A DNA stretch of 64,000 nt, from NCBI GenBank assembly GCA_964557045.1, contig CAZKYB010000002.1, forward strand, positions 1,212 through 65,211, given 5' to 3'. The first letter of the stretch is position 1. Each line of letters begins with the position of its first letter. This DNA is from an uncultured archaeon. Its GTDB lineage: Archaea; Iainarchaeota; Iainarchaeia; Iainarchaeales; VGJJ01. Below, piece after piece: positions 45,158 through 55,213 of the stretch. Under the pieces are notes generated by a model. The model was not told where the DNA came from. It was given only the letters and a program-made list of their open reading frames with translations, and ran no database searches. Made by a program: the position numbers and the translations under genes.

Positions 45158-46273
45158 TCACCTGGAATACTTCTTCAAAAAGTCCCGAGAAAACGACTTG
45201 AACTCGTTTTCCCGAATTGCCGTACGCGCACCCTCCATGGTTTTCGCCATAAAATGGAGATTATGATGAGATAGGAAACGGAAACCCGATTCCTCACTGT
45301 TTTTTGCCAAATGATGAACCAGACCCGCGGAATAATTCTCGCACACCATACAATCACATTCCTTATCTAACGGATTGAAATCATGCGCGTATTGGTTGTT
45401 CTTGATGGACACCCTCCCCTGAGAGGTCAACGCCAACCCATGACGCGCGGTGCGCGTGGGAAACACACTATCGAAGATGTCCGCGCCCCACCCAATCGCT
45501 TGAACGATATCCTCGGGTGTTCCTAACCCCATCACATACAAAGGGGTTTCCTCCCCAATCGTTTTCCGGGCCATGGCGATAATCTTGTGCATGGTGGGCT
45601 TGGGTTCCCCAATGGCCAATCCTCCCAGCGCAATCCCGTCAAAGCCCATTTGGGAGAGGGACTTGATTCCTTTCTCCCTTAAATCAAGGAAAGTTCCGCC
45701 TTGAGAAATGCCAAACAACAATTGTTTTTTTGATGTGTGAGCAACCCTACAACGCTTCGCCCAATCCAGCGTGCGTTGCAATGTTTGCGCATAGAAGGGT
45801 TTCCCTTGCTCCTCCCCAAAACGAGGAACATCATCCAATACCATCGCCACGTCCGAATTCAAGGACTGCTGGACCTGCATGCACTTTTCAGGAGTAAACA
45901 ACTCTTGCTTCTTCGTGAAGGGATTATTCAACACCACCCCTTCATCCTTGCGCGCCACGAGAAATGTTTCATCCAATATCTGGAATCCACCAGAATCGGT
46001 AAACAATCCGTGCTTCCAATTCATGAATTTGTGAATGCCCCCTGCTTTCTTGATGGTGTTGAGACCCGGACGCAAATAGAAAATGAACGCGTTGGATATC
46101 ATGCACCGATAACCCATGTCGGATACTTCATTCAGCGTGAGATGCTTCACGCTTCCCTTCGTTGCTACCGGCATGTAAAACGGAGTCTCTATTTTCCCAT
46201 GCGCCAGACTCAAATGGCCGGAACGCGCACCCGTGCCTTTGTCTATTTTAGACAGGGAGAAAGGAGAAGACAT
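45158..46273 (-). CDS. tgt: tRNA-guanine transglycosylase, bacterial/eukaryotic (queuosine) type
   Basis: ARSG.L...HG.IETP.YMPVAT.G.VK, TDSGGFQ, GISQGG, GGLAIGE, MGLGTP, DIFDSVFPTR.ARHG, CDCMVC..HN; 371 aa, no PUA domain. Confidence 0.93.
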   Translation of the reverse strand: MSSPFSLSKIDKGTGARSGHLSLAHGKIETPFYMPVATKGSVKHLTLNEVSDMGYRCMISNAFIFYLRPGLNTIKKAGGIHKFMNWKHGLFTDSGGFQILDETFLVARKDEGVVLNNPFTKKQELFTPEKCMQVQQSLNSDVAMVLDDVPRFGEEQGKPFYAQTLQRTLDWAKRCRVAHTSKKQLLFGISQGGTFLDLREKGIKSLSQMGFDGIALGGLAIGEPKPTMHKIIAMARKTIGEETPLYVMGLGTPEDIVQAIGWGADIFDSVFPTRTARHGLALTSQGRVSIKNNQYAHDFNPLDKECDCMVCENYSAGLVHHLAKNSEESGFRFLSHHNLHFMAKTMEGARTAIRENEFKSFSRDFLKKYSR

Positions 46274-46323
46274 ACGAAAAACAAAAGGAGAGAAAATATA
46301 ATGGAAATGGAGAGGGGAAGGCC

Positions 46324-47433
46324 TTACGCCTTCGGCCCATTCCACTTACCACTCTTCACGCGTTCTATCGCAATGCGCATGGCCGCATCGCGAGGGGATA
46401 ATTTAGCCCGATCCATCTCCGCAAACATGGCCTTTACGTTCTTGTGGATCTTTCCTTCCACCATCTTGAACATCTGATTGGGAGTACCCCCAATGTGTTC
46501 CACGTAGGAGGAAATAACTCCCCCGGCATTGGCTACAAAATCAGGAACAATCAAGGTGCCCTTACCCCACAAACGAGACTCTACGCCCGTGGACATGGAG
46601 ATGTTGCTTCCTTGCACCACTAACTTGTGCTTGACCTGATTCACATTACTCATGGTCACCAAATCCGGAATCGCCGCCGTCACCAAGACATTCGCGGGGG
46701 CCGTGAGAATGTTGCTTCCTTTCTTGGCATACTTCCCACGATACGCCGTCACGTGACCGTGCTCGGATTTGACGTTCATCAAGCGCTCATAATCCAAACC
46801 CTTCTTGTCCTGAATAACCCCTGAAGAATCGGAGACCGCCGTCACGGGAACCCCCCACTCGGACAAATACTTGTGGACGAAGGTCCCCACGTTCCCATAT
46901 CCCTCAATAGCCACTCGTGCGTCGGAGGGATTCATCCCCATGTATTTCAACGCGAGCAGGGTGGAATGCGCTACTCCAAAACCGGTGCTGCCTAACTCAT
47001 GCGGGATTCCACCCATCTTGGAAGGCTTTCCCGTACACACTTTTCTATTTCCAGCCGCAATTGCAATCTGACCCATTTCCTTTTCAGTCGTGTTGATGTC
47101 CGGCCCTGCAACATACAAGGAAGGGGCGATTCCCTTCAGCGCGCGACCAAAGGCCTCAATCATCTGCTTCTTCTTTTGAGGCGTCAGTTGTTTAGGATCG
47201 GCAAAAATTCCCGACTTGGCCCCACCAAAGGGAAGGTCGGCCATGGCATTCTTCCACGTCATGGTTCGTGCAAGTCTACGCACTTCATTTTCACTCACAC
47301 TTCCAGTCATGCGGATGCCGCCCTTACCTAATCCTCGACGCGTATTATCAATCACAATCACGCCGCGCATGCCTGACTTTGCATCATACACGTGAATGAC
47401 TTTCTCTGGACCAAATTCATCGTAGTTTGCCAT
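46324..47433 (-). CDS. gdhA: Glu/Leu/Phe/Val dehydrogenase (probably glutamate dehydrogenase)
   Basis: GKGGIRM, MTWKNA...LPFGGAKSGI, GPDINT, TGKP..MGG, EGYGNVG, PDFVANAGGVISSY. Confidence 0.88.
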   Translation of the reverse strand: MANYDEFGPEKVIHVYDAKSGMRGVIVIDNTRRGLGKGGIRMTGSVSENEVRRLARTMTWKNAMADLPFGGAKSGIFADPKQLTPQKKKQMIEAFGRALKGIAPSLYVAGPDINTTEKEMGQIAIAAGNRKVCTGKPSKMGGIPHELGSTGFGVAHSTLLALKYMGMNPSDARVAIEGYGNVGTFVHKYLSEWGVPVTAVSDSSGVIQDKKGLDYERLMNVKSEHGHVTAYRGKYAKKGSNILTAPANVLVTAAIPDLVTMSNVNQVKHKLVVQGSNISMSTGVESRLWGKGTLIVPDFVANAGGVISSYVEHIGGTPNQMFKMVEGKIHKNVKAMFAEMDRAKLSPRDAAMRIAIERVKSGKWNGPKA

Positions 47434-47501
47434 AAAACCAACCACCTGCATGCAGGGAAAACTTGGACTTTAAAAAAACAGGAGAATCAAAACCAAAACG
47501 G

Positions 47502-48440
47502 TCAGTATTTCCCTTCGGCCTGGAGCTTTTCCAGATACCATTCGGCTTCCAATGCCGCCTGGCAACCGGTTCCAGCCGAAGTAATGGCTTGCTTGTAGCG
47601 AGGATCCATCACATCCCCGGCGGCATAAATCCCGGGAACACTCGTACGGACACCATTTCCTTTGATGAAACCCTCTTCGGTCAACTCAATCAATCCCTTC
47701 AAGAAACCCGTGTTGGGAATGTGACCAATCGCGAGAAAAACCCCGTCGGTGGCCAGCGTGGATTCTTTTCCCGAATTCACATCCTTAATTTTCAACCCCT
47801 TCACCAATTTTTCCCCCGTGACCTCAACAGGGACCGTGTTCCACAGCACGGAAATCTTATCCTTCAGACCTAACACCCGATCCTGCATGATTTGAGAGGC
47901 TTTGAACTCGTCGCGGCGGTGGACAATGTACACTTTGCTCGCAAACTTGTACAGGGCCATACTTTCTTCCATCGCCGAGTCGCCGCCCCCAATCACCACG
48001 GCGGTTTTACCCCGATATAAGGCCGCATCACACACCGCGCACGTACTTACCCCCCGACCAAAAAATTGCTTTTCACCCGGAATGCCTGTTTTACGCGCGG
48101 AGGCGCCCGTGCAAATGATTAAGGTGCGCGACTGGAATTTTTCATCCTCACTTGTAACAATCTCAAACCCGCCGGCCATCTTTTTGACACTTGTAACTTG
48201 AGCGTTCTTGTATTCGGCCCCAAAACGCTGCGCCTGTTTCTTGGCATTCTCAATCAAATCCGGACCATTAATCCCTTCAGGAAACCCGGGAAAATTCTCC
48301 ACAATCGTGGTCAAACTCAACTGATCCGGCTCATCCCCCGAAAGAACGAGTGGAGAAAGAGACGCACGTGCCGTGTATATCGCGGCCGTGTGAGCGGAAA
48401 TACCCCCGCCGATAATAATTACATCACGCATGGACGACAT
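47502..48440 (-). CDS. trxB: Thioredoxin-disulfide reductase
   Basis: ENFPGFP, GVSTCAVCD, GGGDSAMEE, HRRDEF, GDV.D..YKQAITSAG.G. Confidence 0.95.
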   Translation of the reverse strand: MSSMRDVIIIGGGISAHTAAIYTARASLSPLVLSGDEPDQLSLTTIVENFPGFPEGINGPDLIENAKKQAQRFGAEYKNAQVTSVKKMAGGFEIVTSEDEKFQSRTLIICTGASARKTGIPGEKQFFGRGVSTCAVCDAALYRGKTAVVIGGGDSAMEESMALYKFASKVYIVHRRDEFKASQIMQDRVLGLKDKISVLWNTVPVEVTGEKLVKGLKIKDVNSGKESTLATDGVFLAIGHIPNTGFLKGLIELTEEGFIKGNGVRTSVPGIYAAGDVMDPRYKQAITSAGTGCQAALEAEWYLEKLQAEGKY

Positions 48441-48481
48441 GTAGGAAATAGGACAGGAAAGGGATTAAATAACAAACCCAA

Positions 48482-49168
48482 TCACGACGACAAAACGTCA
48501 GAGACGAGAGATCGATAGGCCGAATAGTATGCCGGAAGATCCGCAAGAAGCACCGAAACGGCCTCCTTGGAAGAACGCACGCATGCACCCAAGTCCACTG
48601 AGGAAGGACAAGACTCGAGTAGACGCGCCGCCTGGTCCGATTTATCCTGGAGATTCGCAAACTGCGATTTCAAGGCCGCGTAACGAACCGCATATTCCGA
48701 CACCCCCCCGCGTTGATCGTGAAGGATATCCAACCGCAAGAGAGAGGTTTCCATTTTCGAAATTACTAAATCAACACGCTGATAGATCACAGAAAGGCGA
48801 TTGAGAATGGCCATCAACACCCGCTGACGCTGCAATGAAAGGGAATTGCGCAAAGAGGATTGTTCCGCAGAAGAAGCATCCTGAAGACGCGCACGAATGA
48901 GTTGGTACTGCGCACGCTCAACTTGCAGCACATCCTGCGTAGATTTTTCAATCGTGGAAATCCCCGAAAGTGTTTGAACCGCGGACGCGCGCACCGAGAC
49001 CGGCACGATGGGAACCGAAGAAACCGCCACCGTGGAATCGGCAACCCCCGTCACGAGACCGGTGGGGGAACGCAAAGAGGAAGGAGGGGAATCCAGTTCC
49101 CGCGCCTCCACCAGCGAGAGACATCCCCCAAAAAGAACCAGCAAGGCGAAAACGTGAATGACGCGCAT
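48482..49168 (-). CDS. Secreted coiled-coil hypothetical protein
   Basis: Signal peptide, Ser/Val-rich linker, long heptad helices, one Cys pair. Confidence 0.65.
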   Translation of the reverse strand: MRVIHVFALLVLFGGCLSLVEARELDSPPSSLRSPTGLVTGVADSTVAVSSVPIVPVSVRASAVQTLSGISTIEKSTQDVLQVERAQYQLIRARLQDASSAEQSSLRNSLSLQRQRVLMAILNRLSVIYQRVDLVISKMETSLLRLDILHDQRGGVSEYAVRYAALKSQFANLQDKSDQAARLLESCPSSVDLGACVRSSKEAVSVLLADLPAYYSAYRSLVSDVLSS

Positions 49169-49323
49169 ATCTCAAAACAATCCATCCCCGCGTTTAAAAC
49201 CATACTTTATGGAATGGAAATGGACCGATGGACGAGCGAAAAATGCTTTATACGCCCCCCATTTGAGCCAAACCCCGGGCATAAAGCCTCGTTCTTTTAA
49301 GGAAAACACGGCCCATACCTAGA

Positions 49324-50130
49324 ATGAAGACCACCCTACTGATGATAGGGGTGTTGCTTGCCCTCTCCCCGTTGACGCATGCCGCCATAATTACTGGAAC
49401 CACGTATGACGGACTCACCCTGGACGTGCTACCTAACACCATCGTCACCATCAACACGACCCCCGCCCAAACCAAACTCGTGAAGGACGGAATGTACTCC
49501 TTTGATGTGCCGGTGGGAAAATACACCCTTAAGGGGACGTATCTCGAACAAGGAATTGTCGTCCAAGAAGCCCTCCACTCATTGAATGTGGAGAAAGAAG
49601 GCACCTACACGGTGGATCTGATTCTTCTCCCGGATTTAGGAGACATTCCGAATGATCCCCTGCCGGACGACGAGCCCCTCACCTGGGTGGATCAATTGAC
49701 GCAGGGAATACTACCCTGGCTCATCCTCTTAGCCATTGTCATGGGAGGTGCGGCGTATGCTATTCACCAAACGCGGAAGAATACCCACGCACGCTATGCC
49801 GAACATCCCGAATCCAAAAAGGAAGAGAAGGAAAATGAAAAAATAAAAACAGACGAAATCCAACTCGATCGATACGCGTTAGAGGTATTGAATGATCTCA
49901 AGCGCGGAGGAAACCGGCTCACTCAAAAAGAGCTTCGATCCATGATCAACATCGGAGAGGCGAAAGTGTCACTGGTCGTCTCGGAAATGGAAACATACGG
50001 ACTCATCAAAAAAATAAAAAAAGGAAGAGGAAATATCCTCATCCTTACAGAAAAGGGACGCGAAGAATTAGAGAAACAACCCCCCGCGCACCCGATAGAA
50101 GAAAAAAAAGAACCCGAAACGCCATTGTGA
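49324..50130 (+). CDS. Single-pass membrane protein with extracellular beta domain and cytoplasmic winged HTH
   Basis: Signal peptide, TM, then LTQKELR.....EAKVSLVVSEME..GLIKKIKKGRGNILIL. Confidence 0.85.
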   Translation: MKTTLLMIGVLLALSPLTHAAIITGTTYDGLTLDVLPNTIVTINTTPAQTKLVKDGMYSFDVPVGKYTLKGTYLEQGIVVQEALHSLNVEKEGTYTVDLILLPDLGDIPNDPLPDDEPLTWVDQLTQGILPWLILLAIVMGGAAYAIHQTRKNTHARYAEHPESKKEEKENEKIKTDEIQLDRYALEVLNDLKRGGNRLTQKELRSMINIGEAKVSLVVSEMETYGLIKKIKKGRGNILILTEKGREELEKQPPAHPIEEKKEPETPL

Positions 50131-50137
50131 AAACCCA

Positions 50138-51352
50138 TCACGCGTGACGGGAAACGTTTTCCTTCTTCGCTTGATCCATCACAGCCTTCGCCACCACCTT
50201 GGCCACGCTCGCATCCTGCAGGGGAGGAAGAATACGATCCGCAGTCGGAGACTTGACCATCCCTGCCAATGCTAATGCCGCCGCCATATTCATCCCTTCG
50301 GTAATCCGTGTGGCGCGCGCATCCATGGCTCCGCGGAAAATCCCTGGGAAAGCCAATGCATTATTCGCCTGATTCGGAAAATCTGAACGACCTGTGGCCA
50401 CGACTTTCGCCCCAGCCCTCTTCGCTTCGTCCGGCATGATTTCAGGAATGGGATTCGCCAGGCCAAAAATAATAGGATTCTTTCCCATATGCTTGATCCA
50501 TTCCGGCTTCAATGCCCCTGCCACGGACACACCTATGAAGACATCCATCCCCTTCAAGGCGTCCTTCAATTCGCCCTTCACATGCGAGGGATTCGAAAAC
50601 GACAACAATTCTCGCTTCGCCGGATCCAAATCCTTGCGCGAGCGTTCGACCACTCCCTTCGAGTCGCAGAGGATAATTTCTTTCACGGAAGGAAAGCCCT
50701 TGGGAACCCCCACTCCTTTCAGCATCTTCGCAATCGCATTACCCGCCGCGCCCGCTCCATTGATGCACACACGCAAGGAGGAAAAGTCCTTCTTCACCAC
50801 CTTTGAAGCATTCCATAATCCTGCATACACGACCACGGCCGTGCCGTGCTGGTCATCATGAAAGACAGGAATTCCCAAATCCTGCAACGCCGCCTCAATC
50901 TCAAAACACTTGGGGGCAACAAAATCCTCTAAATTAATCGCCCCGAAAACAGGGGCAATGTTTCGGATAATCGAAATGATTTCCTTCGTGTCTTGCGTCA
51001 CGAGACAAATGGGAAATGCGTCAATGCCCCCTAATTCCTTGAACAAGACCGCCTTTCCTTCCATCACCGGAATGGCCCCATACGCACCGAGGTTTCCCAA
51101 TCCTAAGACCTTGGACCCATCACTAATAACACCCAAGGAATTCTTTTTCAGCGTCAAATCAAACGCACGCTCAACGTTATCGGCCACGACTTGGGAGACT
51201 TTTCCCACGCCGGGAGTGTAGGCAATTGAAAGATCATGAGAGGTCTTCACGGGAACCTTGCTGTAGGTCCCTAACTTCCCCCCTAAGCGATGATGCACCG
51301 CCACGGATTCAGAACCAATGTCCATCTTCTTCGTATTGGGAGTCTTTTTCAT
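50138..51352 (-). CDS. NAD(P)-dependent malic enzyme
   Basis: LSIAYTPGV, VLGLGNLG, PVMEGKA.LFK, INLED, FHDDQHGTA, GAGAAG, ANP.PEI, ATGRSDFPNQ. Confidence 0.95.
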   Translation of the reverse strand: MKKTPNTKKMDIGSESVAVHHRLGGKLGTYSKVPVKTSHDLSIAYTPGVGKVSQVVADNVERAFDLTLKKNSLGVISDGSKVLGLGNLGAYGAIPVMEGKAVLFKELGGIDAFPICLVTQDTKEIISIIRNIAPVFGAINLEDFVAPKCFEIEAALQDLGIPVFHDDQHGTAVVVYAGLWNASKVVKKDFSSLRVCINGAGAAGNAIAKMLKGVGVPKGFPSVKEIILCDSKGVVERSRKDLDPAKRELLSFSNPSHVKGELKDALKGMDVFIGVSVAGALKPEWIKHMGKNPIIFGLANPIPEIMPDEAKRAGAKVVATGRSDFPNQANNALAFPGIFRGAMDARATRITEGMNMAAALALAGMVKSPTADRILPPLQDASVAKVVAKAVMDQAKKENVSRHA

Positions 51353-51459
51353 CACGATCACGCTCGCAGAATGAGATTATTCGAAGGAGAGGAGGTGGAT
51401 AAGGATTAAAAATGCGCGATTCCTCCCTGAATCAGTCAATTGACGGAGGAACTCCCCAC

Positions 51460-51528
51460 ATGCCCGGAAAAAAAGACACCAAGAAAAAAGAAACCAAGAA
51501 AGAAAGCCACCAATGCGAGTTCTGCTAA
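51460..51528 (+). CDS. 22-aa Lys-rich micropeptide ending in CEFC
   Basis: MPGKKDTKKKETKKESHQCEFC*, GGAGGA 9 nt upstream of ATG; below the ORF-track cut-off. Confidence 0.6.
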   Translation: MPGKKDTKKKETKKESHQCEFC

Positions 51529-51549
51529 CACCCGCGAAGGGATTCCTGC

Positions 51550-52485
51550 GTGATTGAATACCTCCTTTTTCTCGGATCCCTTCTTGTGATGGTCAAGGCG
51601 AGCCGATGGACCATCGACTCGTCGATTCGACTCTCAGACCACTACGGGATATCCCGCCTCGCATTTGGATTCGTCGTCATCGCCGTGTTTGTTTCCCTCC
51701 CCGACCTCACCATCGCCAGCATCGCCTCCCAACTAGGAGATGCCCCCCTGGGGGTGGGGGATGCACTGGGAAGCACCGTGGCCAACATATGCCTCGTCAT
51801 CGGAACCGCCACGGTCTTCAGACGAATCAAAATTGCCCGCTCCCACGTCGTGGATTCGGCGGAGATGCTCCTCATTATCTCACTCATCCCACTCATTCTA
51901 CTGATGAATGGATTCGGACACGTCATGGAAGGAATGGTACTGGTAACCGTATTCCTCTTCTACATCTTCCTGATGATGAAAGAGAAAATTTCTCTCCCCA
52001 CCATCAAAGTCACCAAGAAGAAGGAGATGTCCAGCGTCATTGGACTTTTCCTCGCCGGAGTACTCCTGACGGTTGTCAGCGGACACTTCCTCGTGGATGC
52101 GGCACGAATCATAGCCATAGACTGGGGAATCCCCTCCGCGGTCGTGGGATTAACCATCGTGTCATTTGGAACGACCATCCCTGAACTCATCATTAACTTC
52201 CGCGCCGTCAGAAAAGGAGAAATTGCCCTGGCCATAGGAGAAATACTCGGAAGTAGCGTGGTCAATCTTACCCTCGTGCTAGGGAGCGCATTCATCTGGT
52301 CCCCCACCCCCATCGACTTTACCTACTTTACCTTACCCGTCACGTTCATCGTGGTGGCCAACTCCTTGTTGGCGTCCTACTTCATCAAACACGAAGCCGT
52401 AGGGCGCGCGCAAGGAGCATTATTCCTGGGAATGTACGGAGTATTCCTTTTCGCCCAGGTCGCGGGAATACTCCTCATCACGTAG
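51550..52485 (+). CDS. Na+/Ca2+ antiporter (CaCA, YrbG-like)
   Basis: Two alpha repeats: VSLPDL...GDALGSTVAN and GTTIPEL...GEILGSSVVN. Confidence 0.9.
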   Translation: MIEYLLFLGSLLVMVKASRWTIDSSIRLSDHYGISRLAFGFVVIAVFVSLPDLTIASIASQLGDAPLGVGDALGSTVANICLVIGTATVFRRIKIARSHVVDSAEMLLIISLIPLILLMNGFGHVMEGMVLVTVFLFYIFLMMKEKISLPTIKVTKKKEMSSVIGLFLAGVLLTVVSGHFLVDAARIIAIDWGIPSAVVGLTIVSFGTTIPELIINFRAVRKGEIALAIGEILGSSVVNLTLVLGSAFIWSPTPIDFTYFTLPVTFIVVANSLLASYFIKHEAVGRAQGALFLGMYGVFLFAQVAGILLIT

Positions 52486-52497
52486 ATTTGGAACCAG

Positions 52498-52803
52498 TTA
52501 GAGAAGACCCATCATGCCCTTCAACTCGTCTGAAGGCTGCCACAAGGGTTCAAAGGTCAACACCACTTCCACGTGCTCCACGTGAGGAATTTTTCGCACG
52601 GCTGACTTGACCAATTCAAGCAGGAACGGACCATATGGACACCCCGGGGAAGTCAGCGTCATCGTGACCTGGACCGTTCCCCCCTCAATCCTAATTCCGT
52701 AAACTAATTCGAGCGTGATAATGTCCATGTGCAACTCGGGATCCTCCACTCCCTTCAGGGCCTCTCGAACCTGAACCTCGGTAATCAAACTCTCGGATGT
52801 CAT
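52498..52803 (-). CDS. sufT: SufT/DUF59 Fe-S assembly factor
   Basis: V.DPEL..DI..L.LVY, TLTSPGCP, F.P.W. Confidence 0.92.
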   Translation of the reverse strand: MTSESLITEVQVREALKGVEDPELHMDIITLELVYGIRIEGGTVQVTMTLTSPGCPYGPFLLELVKSAVRKIPHVEHVEVVLTFEPLWQPSDELKGMMGLL

Positions 52804-53549
52804 GCCTTCACCTCCGCCCGAATGGAATCAAACCCGTCCTTCTCAATATGCTGGGCCAACTCCATCCCGCCACTCTTGACTATTTTCCCATCCATCAACA
52901 CATACACCTTGCTCGGCTTCACATAGTGGAGAATACGATTGTAGTGCGTGATGAGCAGCACCCCCATCTTATTCTGATGCGAAACGGCCGTAATTCCTTC
53001 CCCTAAAACCTTCAACGCATCCACATCCGTACCGGAATCCGTTTCATCTAAAATGGCAATACGAGGCTCGAGCATGGCTAACTGCAAAATCTCATTCCGC
53101 TTCTTTTCTCCGCCCGAAAAGCCCTCATTGAGGTAGCGATTAACCAGCTTAGAATCCATCTTCAACAACGACATCTTTTCCTTTAGCTTTGTGATGAAAT
53201 CCGAAACCTTCATCGGAGTAGTTGAGCGTGCGTTGATGGCCGTGCGCAAAAAATTCGACACGGTGACACCGGAAACCTCGGCAGGGTATTGAAACGAAAG
53301 AAACAAACCCGCCTTGGAACGCTCATGGGGTTTCATCGCTAAAACATCCTTCCCGTGGAAGTGAATACTCCCCTTCGTCACGCGATATTTGGGATGACCC
53401 ACCAACACGTATGCCAACGTGGACTTCCCACTCCCATTCGGACCCATCAACGCGACGATTTCCCCCTCATTGAGTGAGAGATCAATTCCCGAGAGGATTT
53501 CCTTATCCCCCACCGAGACGTGCAATCCTTTAATCTCTAAATCAGCCAT
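52800..53549 (-). CDS. sufC: Fe-S assembly ATPase SufC
   Basis: MGPNGSGKSTL, FQYP.EV.GV, NEGFSGGEKKRNE, LDETDSG.D.DAL, ITHY. Confidence 0.97.
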   Translation of the reverse strand: MADLEIKGLHVSVGDKEILSGIDLSLNEGEIVALMGPNGSGKSTLAYVLVGHPKYRVTKGSIHFHGKDVLAMKPHERSKAGLFLSFQYPAEVSGVTVSNFLRTAINARSTTPMKVSDFITKLKEKMSLLKMDSKLVNRYLNEGFSGGEKKRNEILQLAMLEPRIAILDETDSGTDVDALKVLGEGITAVSHQNKMGVLLITHYNRILHYVKPSKVYVLMDGKIVKSGGMELAQHIEKDGFDSIRAEVKA

Positions 53550-53550
53550 C

Positions 53551-53973
53551 CTATTTTCCCCCTTTCCCATACTTCTGATTAATCTTGAAGGCATTCTGAA
53601 TCGTATCCAGCGGAAGCATTGCACACTTCAGACGCGTGGGACCTAACTCGATCCCTAGTAACCCCAACACATCGGAACGGGACATCTTGGCCACCTGCGC
53701 CGCAGTTTTTCCCTTGATTTCTTCAGATAAAAGGGACGCGGAGGCCGTGGAAATTACGCATAAGGAGCCCGTAAAACGAACCTCCTCGATTTTCCCATTC
53801 GGACCTAATTTCAACTGAAAGGAAACATCATCTCCACACGAAAGATTCTTCTCGCGATGCTCTACATCTGGATGAGACAGCTTCCCGTGATTCTGGGGAT
53901 GCTGGTAGTGATCCATGATAAACTCACGATAAATTCCTTCACCGGCAAAATCACGCGACTTCGACTCACTCAT
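53551..53973 (-). CDS. sufU: SufU/IscU-type scaffold or sulfur-transfer protein
   Basis: DHY.HP.N.G, N.SCGD, C.ISTAS.S, RLKCA.L. Confidence 0.92.
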   Translation of the reverse strand: MSESKSRDFAGEGIYREFIMDHYQHPQNHGKLSHPDVEHREKNLSCGDDVSFQLKLGPNGKIEEVRFTGSLCVISTASASLLSEEIKGKTAAQVAKMSRSDVLGLLGIELGPTRLKCAMLPLDTIQNAFKINQKYGKGGK

Positions 53974-55213
53974 GGGATTTTCCCCCGAATACACGCTGTG
54001 CACGAATGAGACTCTCAACTAAGACATCAATCTCTTCCTTCGTGTTGTAAACTCCCACACTCAAGCGTGCAGAGGATGGAATCCCAAGCAGCTTGGACAA
54101 GGGCATCGCGCAATGATGTCCGGCACGGATTGCGACCCCGTCCTCGTTCAACCACGCCGCCACATCATGAGGGTGAATACCTTTCACGTTGAACGCAATG
54201 ACACCTGAACGATCCGAAACAGACGAAGGGCCGTACAAGGAAACCCCCTTCATGGAAGAAAGGCGTTTGAATGCGTGAGTCAAGAGTGTTTTCTCATGCG
54301 CACGGATGGAATCCATCCCTACTTTACGCAAAAAGTCTACTGCCGCACTCAGGCCAATACCTTCCGCAATGGGAGGAGTGCCCGATTCGAACTTCCATGG
54401 AAGATCATTCCAAGAAGCATCCGTGAAAGAGACCTCCCGCACCATCTCTCCACCAAAGGAAACCGGTTCGAGTTCACGCAGGAGGGATTCTTTTCCGTAC
54501 AACACCCCAATCCCGGTTGGACCATACATCTTGTGACCCGAAAAACACGCGAAATCGACCCCTAACTTGGTCACATCCAACGACAAATGAGGAATCGACT
54601 GGGCAGCATCCAACACGACCCATGCACTCACGGCATGCGCACGTGAAACAATGTCTTTCACGGGAATAATAGTCCCTAACACATTTGAAACATGGGGAAT
54701 CGCAACTATTTTCGTCCGGCGAGTAATCGAACGACCCAGAGAAGAGAGGTTCAACAGACCCGTTTTTGGATTAACAGGAATGAAACGCAACTTCGCACCC
54801 TTTGAACGAGCCAGCTGCTGCCAGGGAACCAGATTGGAATGATGTTCCATTTGGGTGACAAGAATCTCATCCCCTTTCTTCACCGAAGGAGCGAGCATCC
54901 GAGCGAGCATGTTCAAGGAATCCGTGGTGCCTCGCGTGAAGACAATCTCTTTCATCGAAGAGGCATGAATGAAATCCGCCACATTTTGGTGCGCGTGCTC
55001 ATACGCAAGAGTGGCCTCCTCGGCCAAGCGGTGAATCCCGCGGTGAACATTCGCATTACTTCTACGGTAATAGGAATCCATCGCACGCAAAACTGACAAG
55101 GGCTTCTGCGTCGTGGCGGCATTATCCAAATATACCAAGGGTTTTTTCCCCACCTTCCGAGAGAGAATGGGAAATTCCTTTCGAATTCGAGCAGTATGAA
55201 CCATCCGAGTCAT
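53966..55213 (-). CDS. sufS: Cysteine desulfurase SufS
   Basis: YLDNAATTQKP, NVHRG, EHHSN, SGHKMYGPTG, RAGHHCAMP. Confidence 0.97.
   Translation of the reverse strand: MTRMVHTARIRKEFPILSRKVGKKPLVYLDNAATTQKPLSVLRAMDSYYRRSNANVHRGIHRLAEEATLAYEHAHQNVADFIHASSMKEIVFTRGTTDSLNMLARMLAPSVKKGDEILVTQMEHHSNLVPWQQLARSKGAKLRFIPVNPKTGLLNLSSLGRSITRRTKIVAIPHVSNVLGTIIPVKDIVSRAHAVSAWVVLDAAQSIPHLSLDVTKLGVDFACFSGHKMYGPTGIGVLYGKESLLRELEPVSFGGEMVREVSFTDASWNDLPWKFESGTPPIAEGIGLSAAVDFLRKVGMDSIRAHEKTLLTHAFKRLSSMKGVSLYGPSSVSDRSGVIAFNVKGIHPHDVAAWLNEDGVAIRAGHHCAMPLSKLLGIPSSARLSVGVYNTKEEIDVLVESLIRAQRVFGGKSHE

Noticed and set aside
45158..46273. Archaeosine TGT (arcTGT)
   Set aside because: No C-terminal extension or PUA domain; motifs DSGGFQ, GGLAxGE and PTRxARxG are bacterial/eukaryotic type.
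49169..49323. Possible small RNA in a 155-nt intergenic region with an extra TATA-like box
   Set aside because: No convincing stem or C/D box motifs; two divergent promoters explain most of it.
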